Below the pieces are notes generated by a model. That model was given only the letters and a program-made list of their open reading frames with translations, was not told where the DNA came from and made no database searches. Below, piece by piece: positions 42,170 through 54,500 of a DNA stretch of 64,000 bases (position 1 is the first letter of the stretch; each line of letters begins with the position of its first letter). The position numbers were made by a program, and so were the translations under genes. Source of the DNA: Camelus dromedarius. Taxonomy: Eukaryota. The DNA lies in contig NC_087444.1 in the NCBI RefSeq assembly GCF_036321535.1, positions 75,392,001 through 75,456,000 on the forward strand. Direction: 5' to 3'.

Positions 42170-42480
42170 GGCTGGAGTTTAGGTGAAGCTAAGGATAAGG
42201 ACTGGGCTGGCCTGAGGTAGATGGGGAAAGAGGATGAGGGAGCTGGGAAGGAGGGAGGCTGGGGTGGAGACGGGATAAGAACAGGACAGGAATGACTGTG
42301 TTGGGAAGCATGGTACTGAGAGCGTGCATGGATGGGATGGGACCAGTAGAGCAGGCAGGAATGCCTTCTGGGTTAGGAATGGGGTTGAGGATGGGCTGGA
42401 GGAGCCCTGGGTGTTGAGAGTGAGGTGAGGGTTGTCGCTGTAGTTGGGGACGGTGTCAGGATTGAGAAGAGGTTTCAATA
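42170..42480. repeat. Degenerate G-rich hexamer tract (in C19orf84 3'UTR)
   Basis: GGGNTG/GGATGG periodic sequence; similar tracts at 37840-38008 and 38790-38935. Confidence 0.55.
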
Positions 42481-42711
42481 CAGGTATGAGGTCCAGGGTT
42501 TTTGTTTTTGTTTTTGGCTGCTTTGGGATCCTAAGTCAGGTCCGAGTTTCACCAGCTGACTCAGAGGACCCACTTCTGAGGCTGTGGTTTTGGGGGGAGA
42601 GGGATGGGAGTAAGATGTTTCTTGGGTTATCTCTGGCAGGGCTAAGGTCACCCTCCTGGAGACCCTCAAGGGGCCCTTCCGGAGTCAGGGGTGTACAGGA
42701 CCCTCAGGCCC

Positions 42712-44030
<1,319 letters not shown>

Positions 44031-46419
44031 CTTCACAAGTCTTTTCTAGCACCTTCGACTGGATTTCTCCAGGGCCCAGAGAGTGGGGCGGGGTCTAAAA
44101 GAAAGTGGGCGGGGCCTTGTTAGAAGGGGCGTGGCTTGTGGGCCGCGCTGAGCCTCGGGAAAGCGTGCAGGGCTGGGTTCTTGCGGTTGCGATTCCTCAG
44201 CTCTGCGTATCTCAGGTCGCAGCCCCCACCTCCCCGAAATCCAGGAGCCCTGCATCTGAGCTCCGTCCTTCCCTCAGACCCGGGAGCGCAGGCCCTTCCT
44301 CCCTCAGATCCAGAAGTTCTATCCGCTCCTCTCTCTCCACCTCTGTTTCTGGGCCTTGTCCTCAGGGGGGCCTGATGGTATTTTTTAGGGCTAAAGGGAC
44401 ATTTAGGGAAATCTGGATATCTGGACACTCCGAGCGCAGAAGGTTGAGTAGACAGGCTGGGAGTCTTAGGGGCTGGATTCCATTCTAGGCCATGTCTCTG
44501 ACTTACTTTGTGAGCTTAAGTCCTTCTAGTCTCTATGCTTTTGAGAAATGAGGCTAACATTACCTTCTAGGTTTATGTGAGGTTTAGAAGACGTATCACG
44601 TGTGTAAAGTAGTCACCACATGATCTGGACTATGACGGTGAGCCTTAACCAATGAGAGTTACTTATTGTTATTGCCTGGTGGTGGTGGTAGCAGTGTTGA
44701 GAAGCAATAGCCATTCTTTTATCTATTCATTTAAGAAATATTATTCAGTGCCTGCGATAGGCCAGGCCCCAGGCTGGACGCTGGGGATCTAGTCCTGGAT
44801 GAAACAGACACATGGTGGTGAAACTTACATGCTAGGAGAGAGACAGACCGGACCCAAATAGTACATTTCCTATGTGAATGAGAACTGTGAAGATGTGAAG
44901 ACAAGGCAAGGGGACATAGAGGCACAGAGGCAGGGGGTTATTTTAGATAAGACGGTTAGGAAAGAAGCTGTGGGCATGAGTCAGCAGATCTGGGAGGTGA
45001 GTATTTCCAGCCGAGAGGCCAACAAGTCCAAAGAGCAAGCATAGTTGTTGAATGTCCCCTTTTTCTCTATTCCAGAATCCAATGCAGAATCCCACTGAAT
45101 CCTCTCCTTAGTCGCCTCTGGTCTGCAGCGGTTGCTCAGTCTCTCCTTGTTTTTCTAGTCTTGACAGCTCTGAGGAATACTAGTCAATTTTATAAAAATA
45201 GCAGCCTATGTTAATGAATAATTCTAATTTATTTAATCCTCATTTTACAGACGATCAAACGTGCCTCAGAGAGGCAAAGTAAGTTACTCAAGGTCATAGA
45301 GCTAGTAAGTAGAACCATGGGATTTGAACCCCAGTTCCAGAGCCTGCACTTTAAATGGAGACATAAGAATGAGCCAGATTATATAGTACCTTGTGAGCTG
45401 CAGTGAAGACTTTGGTCTTTCTTTCTTTCTTTCTCTCTCTCTTTTTTTAATGCTAGAACTTTGAGATGACTTTGAATATTTGTCAGCAGAAGTGTGATGT
45501 AATTTGATTTATGTTTTAAGAAGGGCACTGCGTCTGCAGGTTGGGGAATAGATTGTACAAGACTGGAAGCTGCCATTGTCTAGGCAGGGGCGGTGGTGAC
45601 TCTAAGGAGGGTGGGGGTAGTGGGGATGGGAAGATGTGAATGGGTTTATAATGTGTTTTGGAGGGAGAACCATTAGGACTTGCTACAGGACTGCTGGAGG
45701 TAGTGGGGAATCACAACATCCCACTTTAAGAATGAGAAATCCAAGAGACTAGCTTTCACTTTCTGAGTTCTCTCGAACCCTTATAATGCTGGTGACCTGA
45801 GGTGATGCAGAACCAGTATCTGCCCTTGAAGGGCTCTCAGTTTTAAGGGGTAGGGAACAGAAACGGAGAGAGACTGTAACTAGGGTAATCAGAGCCTGGA
45901 CACAGGGAGGAACAGAACTGTGAGATCCCGAAGCAGGTTAGATGTTGCCTGGAGGCAAGGAGGTGGAGAGTAAGATTGGGGACCCGGAAAACATTATTGC
46001 TTCCTTGCAAGGGTCGGGGTGGGGCTGGTCGGGGAGGGTTTTTTTTTTAGAGGAGGTGGCCTTTGGACTAGGTCTAGGGTAAGTGGTTATTTGATGTAGA
46101 AGAAACGGGTGCAAGCAAAGGCCAGGTGGCTGGAATCGAAAGATTTTTATCAAGAAGGCTGGCTTTCCTTTCCTGGCGACTGTGATTAGCATGTAGGTCT
46201 CATTTCTCCGGTTACGTCCTATCCCAAAGAGGGAGCTTATGTCAAACAGGGATAGGAAATGAGGGTTCGAATCCTGGCTCCGCTTCTTACTAGCGTGTGA
46301 CCGAAAGCAAGCTGAATCTCCGTTTTGCTCGAGATAGCGCTTACTGCTCAATTCCAGCGTAACAGCATTGCTTCTGGTTTTGTTTTATCATTGTTTCACC
46401 TATTTATTCCATCAGGGTC

Positions 46420-46950
46420 CTTCCTCCTCACTTACCACGTACCTGGCCCTTTAAGGCCCTCCTTCCTACGATAGGAGGGCGGAGGCGGGATCTTGCGTCT
46501 CTAAGGAAATGCCCTTTACCCAGCTTCCAAATTTGACAGGCAAGTTTTGAAAAGTGACCAATCAGCTTGTGCGTCGGGAGGGAGCGAAGCTTCTGATTCG
46601 CGGGGAACGCTGGCAGAGAACGCCCGGTTTTTCTTGCGTATACAGCGCGAGACGTCATCCCCGGCTCTGATTGGCGGGTGAGCTCGCGTTGTTTCCAAGT
46701 CTCCTCCTCCGGCAGCTAAATCCTTGGGCTAGCATCCTCTCTCTTTTATTGGCTGCGTTTCTCAGCGCAACCTTCGCTCTCGCCTTCTGATTGGCTGCCC
46801 TCTTTCCGCGCCTTCTCCAAGCTGTAACTGATGATTTTCGTCCCGGCCTTTGGAGGTCTCTTGTCGGTTCTCAGTCGCGGTGGCAACGTCCCTGTCCGAG
46901 TAGAAGCAGCCCAGGCCTGGAGATACTGAGCGAAACCTGGAGGGAAGAGG
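46420..46950. promoter_or_regulatory. Orphan CpG-rich promoter-like element
   Basis: CCAAT boxes at 46558, 46670, 46748 and 46790 (three in full CTGATTGG context), CRE-like AGACGTCA at 46650-46657, E2F-like TTGGCGGG, dense CpG, and minus-strand donors at 46443 and 46436. Confidence 0.65.
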
Positions 46951-47861
46951 AGCCCCCCAGGCTGAGGGGCTCCCGACTAGGGAGCCTCATTGCCCTTAAC
47001 CAGCGTTAAAACCAGCCTCTTCCTTACACTGCCCCCTACAGGCCTCGGACCGTTAAAGTCCCAAGATTCGATCTTCAGGGCCTCCCCAGCCCACAGGGCT
47101 CACGGATTCCCTTAAGTGTCCCTCCCTTCCACTAACGTCCCCCTGCAGGAGACGCCCTGGGGACCCTGCTCTCTCCCTTGAGCCTTACCCACTCTTTCAA
47201 CCTTTCCATCTTAAGGCCCCTTACGTCTTGGGGGCTCCTCTTTCCCACCCTCACCCTTATATCCTCTTTCTCCCCTCCACCCACTTCTCCCACCTCCAGG
47301 AAGTCATCCTCTCCTCCCTTCCTTGGAGAATCTCCCCACTGTAGAGGTTCTCATCTCACTGCTCCCCTCCCAGCCCCTTGAAGGCCTGGGGATCACCTTT
47401 GGACTTTGACCCAGGAGTTACACTTTATTCCTAACCACCTCTCGTTTCTTGCCCCCAATCCCCTTGGGGGACCTTGGGAATCCTAAAGCCTCCAAAGACC
47501 GATCCCGCCACATGGTTAGGATTCCCATACTTAATCCTCTAACTTCTAGACCTTTCAGGATGGAAACTGGGACCTCCCCACCCTAAGGAGTGCATTCTCC
47601 CCTCTTCCTAGCCCATTCTCTTTTCTTCTAGGCCCACCATTCCCCTGGGATGTCCTTGAACCCTGCAGGTTTGAGGAGGGTGGCCAACCTAAGGGCCCTC
47701 ACTCGTTCAGGAATCCCCAGGTGTCCTTCAGTATCCAGGGAGGGTCGTCTCCAGGGATATCTCTACCTTCACATCCCTATTCCTTCCTCTTCCTTTCCCC
47801 AGTCCTTAGAGCTCAAACCCTCACTGTCATTCTCCCCTTCTCCCAATCTTTTCAGTTTGTT

Positions 47862-47985
47862 TTTTTTTTAATTGAAGTAGAGTCACTTTATAATGTGTGA
47901 ATTTCTGGTGTACAGCATTATAGTTCAGTCATACATATATGTACATATATTTGTTTTCATATTCTTTTTCATTCAGGTTTTTTAA
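47862..47985 (-). mobile_element. Short L1 3' fragment
   Basis: ttttttaattgaagtagagtcacttt...ctggtgtacagc...ttcagtcatacatatat. Confidence 0.75.
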
Positions 47986-48879
47986 TGGATTCTTTTGAAA
48001 TTTAGGAGGTTGTCCTTAAGCCACCCCCACCCTCTCAAATACCCCCGCCTGAGGGTGTTCTCTGCCAGTTCCTCCTCTGCTGAGTTCCTTACCCCTTAGG
48101 CATCCCACTGTCTCCCTAAGGTCTCCCCCCCTCACTGCCAGCTCCTTCACACTCAGGATACCCCCAGGACGTCCACCATAAAGGGGTCATCCCTGCCCTG
48201 TGAACCTTACTCTTCCTTTTCATGTACTCCCCTCTCACAGTTAGCCGCCTCTCTTCATTGTCCAGAGGACTAAAAATTCAGGGATTATCCCCTGGGCCTC
48301 TCCTTCCTTTGGAATTGCCCCATCCCCCTTTGACATACACTTGGAACAATCCTCGTTTTCATCTTCCATTTTCAGAGTCACCTGCATTCAGTGGGTTGCC
48401 TGGTCACTTTCAGGGCTTCCCCACATTTTGAGAACTTCCCCACACAGCACCTCCAACTCAGTGACGGTCCCTTCAGCCTCAGAGCAGAAATTACTTTCTA
48501 GGTTCAGACGGTGATCTTTAGGGTCTCCCTCAGCCTCGGAGGTTTTCCTCACCCCAAGGGCTTCTTCCTTTTACACACTCCCCAAAGGCCCAGCATCACT
48601 GTCTCCATCAAGAACTTCACTTTCAAGGCCTCTTTCTAGGTTCCCCCTTTTCTTCCAACCACCAGCTTTGAGAGTCTGGAGGCCGAAGGACTAAAGATCA
48701 CTTAGACACGTTCACTTGCATGAACTCATTTAAATTCTCATAATCTTTTTAACAGATTTTAAAAGTGCTCCTTGTGTTTGGTATTTAAAACCGTGTGGCA
48801 GTGTGACAGTAAAGGAGAAACACACAGGCGTGTTCTCCCTTACAGTGTGGTAGAGCAGGGTCTCAACTCTCCTGCCAAG

Positions 48880-49490
48880 AAACAGAGAGCTCCATTAATT
48901 AGAAAAGATTCACACACCCCAGTGTTCACAGAAGCACTATATACAACAGCCAAGACACGGAAACAACCTAAATATCCATCGACAGATGACTGGATAAAGA
49001 AGTTGTGGTATATATATATGTGTGTGCACTGAGATACTACTCAGCCATAAAAAAAGAATGAAATAATGCCATTTGCAGCCACATGGATGGACCTAGAGAT
49101 TATCGTACTGAGTGAAGTGAAGTCAGAGAAAGCCAAATACCCTGTTATCACTTATATGTGCAATCTAAAATATGACACAAATGAACTGATTTACAAAATG
49201 GAAACAGACTCGCAGACATAGAAAACAAATTTATGGTTACAAAATGGGAAGAGGGAGAGGCATAAATTAGGACTTTGGGATTAGCAAATGCAAACTACTA
49301 TGTATGAAATAGATAAACAATAAGGACCTACTGTATAGCACAGGGAACTGTATTCAGTATCTTGTAGTAACCTATAATGGAAAAGAATCTGAAAAAGAAT
49401 ATAAATATATATCTGAATCACTCTGCTGTCCACCAGAAATTAACACATCCTTGTAAACCAACTATACTTTAAAAAAAAAAAAAAAACCAA
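48880..49490 (+). mobile_element. 5'-truncated L1 (ORF2 end plus 3'UTR)
   Basis: Typical L1 ORF2 terminal sequence (ccagtgttcacagaagcactatatacaacagccaag...) with a polyA tail. Confidence 0.9.
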
Positions 49491-50604
49491 GGTGCCTAGC
49501 ATCCCAAGGTGGGGGAAAAATAGAAAAAAATCCAAGAAATCTCATCGGACTCACCCACCCAAGGCCTCACATTTTTGCTCCACAAGAGACCTAGTGTTTT
49601 GATACCTGCCACTCAGAGTCCCAGCCAGGGTTAGCCAGAGAAGCAGCTTCAGCCAACAAGAGGCCACTACTGTGACCAGTTAGGTTGAGTCACTTGTCCC
49701 CAAACCTGTCCCTTCTCTAGGCCCCAATACTTTGGGAAACTGGGGGTATGTCAGGAACAACTGGTCTCCCTCTCTTTTCCAAGGGGTCCAGTCCCAGCTT
49801 AAACCTCCACTGGCTGGAGATGAGATCTGAACTGAGTTTGAGGTGAAGATTTAAGGCCAGGCTGAGTTTTAATAATCAGAGCTGACTGGAGAGTTGCAGA
49901 ATGTCCAAGATCCTGTTAGGGGATGAGAAAAATTTTGACAGAGCATGATTAAGTCAGAAATCAGAAATGTAGAATCATTTTGTAGTATACCTCCTGGAGT
50001 TGATAGTCTCCAGTTAACTGGCTATAAAGAGTATCTGGCAGTGCAGAAAGTCCAAGTCAGCTGACTCCCAGCCTGTCCTTTCTGTAGCTGTGTTCATCCA
50101 CACACGCCTTTCCCCAAGAGGACTGGACTGCAATACTCTCCCTCCCCCCTCCCTCCAAGTCCCAAGCCGTTATTGCAGAAGTCAAGACCTTAACACACAT
50201 ATTTCACAGTTATTGACCCCTGACCAAACCTGGTGCCTTAGCAACACAGTCCCACAATCTCCCAGGTCAAACAAACTTTGAAGGATTGTTCTCATGCAAG
50301 ATGCAGGGGCAGAGGGAGGGAAACAGAGACCCCACCAGCATCCTCCCCACTCCGAGTCTATTAAAAGGAATTTGGGGACCTGCAGCGCTCATCACTTTTG
50401 GGTCCTATCTGAGTTTGAATTTCACTTCTGCTATTTTGTTATGTGACCTTAGGCGAGACCCTGTCCCTCCCTAAGCACCCCACCTATAAGATGAGGCAGT
50501 TGTTCAAACTACCGGGTGTAAGTGGTAGAGCATTTGACCGCAAAATACAGAGTGTAAAATAAATAATCAGCCAGGATGTACTGGGTAACACAGGGAATAT
50601 AGCT

Positions 50605-50755
50605 AATATTTTTTAAATTAAAAAAATTTTTGTTAGTGGGGTAGATAATCAGGCTTATTTACTTATTTATGTTCGGAGGCGGTACTGGGGACTGAACCCA
50701 GGACCTCATGCATGCTAAGCATGTGCTCGACCCCTTGAGCTATCCCCTCCCCCAC
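50605..50755 (-). mobile_element. tRNA-Ala-derived SINE
   Basis: Head and tail present in reverse orientation. Confidence 0.85.
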
Positions 50756-51579
50756 TGCCTTCATCTTAACACTTGGGGAAATCGAGGCTCCGAGAGGGAA
50801 AGTCACTTGCCTACACTTACTCTGGTTAGTAAGTGGTGGAATCTGGACACAAGCGTGAGTGCTTTGTCCTTTCCATATACTGCACCTGCCAGAACCCCTT
50901 ATCAGGCCCGCTCTGCTCATCAAGCCACCAGGAGCCAATATAGGGTTGTGACCAAAAGCCTGGGCTCTAGAATTGAATCTTACTAATCATGTGGCTTTGG
51001 ATATGTCTGTAACCTTTTCATGATTCAGTTTACCCAACTGTATAATGGAGATAAGATCTGTATAAAGGAACCCTGGTGGGAGGGGGGAGAGTATAAAGAA
51101 TGAGCATGGCTGTGTTCCAATAAAGCTTTATTTAAAGACACTGCAATTTGAATTTCATGTCATTTCCATGCATCACAAAACATTCTATTTTTTCCCCCTC
51201 ACCATGTAAAATGTAAAAAACCCTCTTGGCTCACAGTTGGCATGGAAACAGGCCAGACCTGACCTGCGAGGTTGGCTTGCCAACCTCACAAAGATGATCT
51301 TTAAAGGCCCTCCCACCTTTGAGAAACTGAGACTGTGAGTCACCAGCAAGGGTGAGGCCTGGGTTTGTCAGAGGAAAAGCTTTTCCTTGCTGCTCAGAAT
51401 AGTGTTATTTGCAGAAAGCCACTCTGGAGAGTTTTGTCAAGCTGGTCCAAAATGCTAGGGTCTGGGATGGGATGAGTCAGCCTTGAGGATTAAAGAGAGA
51501 AAAGGAGACACTACAGTTCTTCTCAGGTGCTCTCCCTTTCTCCCTGGCCTGGATCCCAGTCTTACAGCCCAGCCGACCC

Positions 51580-54500
51580 TCAATGGAGCTGGATTTCTGC
51601 ATAGTCCGAGTGGGCATCCTTGGACCCCTGAGTCTCCCAGGGCCTGTGGCCTGGAAAGTTGAGGACAGCATAATGGAGCTCCTCTTGGTTGTTCTCATAG
51701 TCTGCATCTTGAGTGGAGGCTTTGGGTCCTGGACAACTGTAGGAAACATAATAGGGCTGCTTCTGCTTATGCCTGGATTCCTGGGGGTGAGCATCTGGCG
51801 GAGGGGGCCGGGAAGGACTGCTTGGATTGGCTTTCCGTTTCTGAGCCTAAGAGAAAGATGACCATCACTCGTTCACTCATCCCTTCAACAGATGCTTGAA
51901 CACCTACCACCCACCAGGCACTGGTTGAGGAACTGGGATCACATCAGGCAGTCAGTAAAACAAAGTCCCTGCCCTCTCGGGGCTGGCCTTCCCTCCCGGG
52001 GCAGGAATAAACATAAACACATTAAAAAAAAAAAAAAACCCCACAAGTGTATTGTTTAAGCCTGCCGGCCTGTGGTTCTCTGCTATGGCCACCCTAGCAA
52101 ACTAAGGCGGGCAGACTGGTGTAACCACCACCGCAAGATACAGAAATGTTCCATCACCACAAAGAGCTCTTTCCATCCCGAACCCCTTGCCACTACTAAC
52201 CTGTTCTCCGTCTCTACAATCTTGTCATTTGAGAGTGTTATATACTTGGAATCCTGTGTATGCGACCATTTGAGACTGGCTCTTTTTTTTTTCACTTTTT
52301 TTTGGGGGGGTCCCTAAGCTCTATCCAGCCAGCTATATATCATTTGTCCCTTCTGATTGCTGAGTAGTATTCGTGGGGGGAGATGTACCTATTTGGGTTT
52401 CAAAATGATATCAGATAGAGAGAACTTGACCTGATGAACAGGCAAGAGTGGAAGCTGAGAGGACACACAGAAGGTGGCCATGGTGTCCAGGTGAGAGCTG
52501 TTGGCGCGCAGACTAGGGAGAAGGGGGGAGAAGTGGCTTGAATGGATTTTAGAGATTTGCTGATGGATTGATTGTGGGGTGACAGAGGAAAGAGGAATAA
52601 GAGATGATTTAAGGCTTTAGGCTCAAACAGCCAGGTGCTGTTTGCTGAGATGCAGAGGATGAAGGAGAAGGGTTAAGTGGTACTCAGTTTGGTTTTGGAC
52701 AGGCTAAGTTTGAGATGCCTATTAGACACCCGGATGGAGAAGCTACCTAGACAGTTGGCTATGAGTCTCAAGTTCAAGGGTGAGTCTGGAAGACATAAAT
52801 TTTGGATTCGTCAGCATATATATGTTCTCTCCTGAATATATCCAGCATTTATTGAACATTTGCTAGGTGCCAGGTACTATTCTAAATGTTTTACAGGTAA
52901 AAAATGAAGATGTTGAATATATCTAGAATGATCCTAGGTGATTGGTATGATTATTATTCCCATTTTACAGTTAAAGAAACTGAGGCACAGAGAAGTTAAG
53001 TGACTTGTCCCAGAACACACAGCAACGAAAGCAGGAATTAACCCAGGCAGGCAGACTTCAGAGCCCTGCCCTTAATCAACACCAGGACATACTGCCTCTC
53101 AGTGATATTAATCACTGTGACACCATTAATTATAATTAGTAATGTCCTTGGTGGTGGTAATGGAACAGCTGCTACATATTGAGCACTAACAGATGTCATA
53201 ATCCTCAAACCAAGTCTCTAGGAGGAAGAAATGGAGGCATAGAGGCAGGGAGTGATTTGGTCAAGGTCTCATAGATAGTTAAGTGCCAGAATCAGGATTT
53301 GAATCCTATACCCAGATTTCCCCTGTGATGTCTCTCAGGCAAAGGGTGGGGGCCGGGCTGGGGAGGAGCGGGTACAGGAGTCAGAGAAGGGGAAGAACAA
53401 GCACCACTCACTAGGAGGCCAGGTTTAGGGATCACGTTGATGTAATCCAGAATCGTGCTCCTCCGTGAGAGTCTGGACCGCAGAGTCTCTCCCGGGGCCG
53501 GGGCCGCCGGGGCCGCCGGGGCGGCCGGGGCCGGAGCCGGAACCTCTGCCTGGGTCCGTTTCTTCCGCAAAGTCTTCACGCTGAGGAAACACCCCGCAGG
53601 TGTGGGTCCTGGCCCCGCCCCTTTCCCGGACCTCCGATTCCCACCCTCCATCCGTCCCTGCTCCCGCCCCTAACTCACGCGATCGGGATGAGGCAGAGGA
53701 AAAGGAGGGTCATAAGGCCAATTGCTACAAACACTCCCTTGGAGAGAAGTTTCTTTTCACCTGCACAAGGAAACCGCGCAGCCTTCTCAGCCTTTCCCGT
53801 GCACGCGGGTCCTGGCGTCCACCCGCCACTAGGCGCGCAGGCTGCCGGCTCCCATTCCAGAGGTTTTACCTGCAGTCCCTTCCCATTGACTTCTTGGGAA
53901 CTCCGCTGCACCCCAAGCCCAGGTGTCAGGCTTTCCAATTTAAAGTCCCCCCTCTGCAGCCCCAGCCATAGGCACTGGTGTCCTAGTTCCTAGCTCCTGC
54001 CCCAACCACACACGGAACCCTGTCCCTGCCCCGCTCAGTCCCCGCCTCCACGGGACGTCTAGTTGCCCCCTGACCTGGCAGCAGCAGGACCCTGGCGCTC
54101 TGGGCCCCGTGGACATTCTGAGCCTCGCAGCTGAGGCTGAGGCCAGAGCTGAGCCCCTCACTGAGGCTCAGGGAGCTGTTGGCCCAGGGCCCAGCCGAGC
54201 TGGAGTTGACCATGTAGGAGGCGTTGCTGGAGGTCCCCTCCAGCAGCCCCTCCCCTAGCCGCCAGCGCAGGGAGGGGGCCGGCTGGGCCCGGGAGGAGCA
54301 GCTGCAGTGCAGACCCTGGTCCTCCCAGGAGCAGGAGGGTCCCAACAGCTGTGGGGGGTCTGTGGGGAGGGAGGAGAAGGGTCAGCGGTCCCTCTTCCCT
54401 CCCCTGGACCCAGGTGTCCTGCCCCCAGTGGTCCCCACACTCACAGACCACAGAGAGGCTCAGAGAGAGATACTGGGAGCCCAGCGGGTTCTGAGCTTGG

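Noticed and set aside
53675-53680. Apparent stop right after the SIGLEC10 TM segment (soluble or truncated form)
   Set aside because: The TGA is part of the donor GC|GTGAGT; the spliced frame continues into exon 10.
53679-53760. Shorter SIGLEC10 juxtamembrane region and a Pro in the TM segment
   Set aside because: A ~21-residue hydrophobic span remains; this is within normal Siglec variation.
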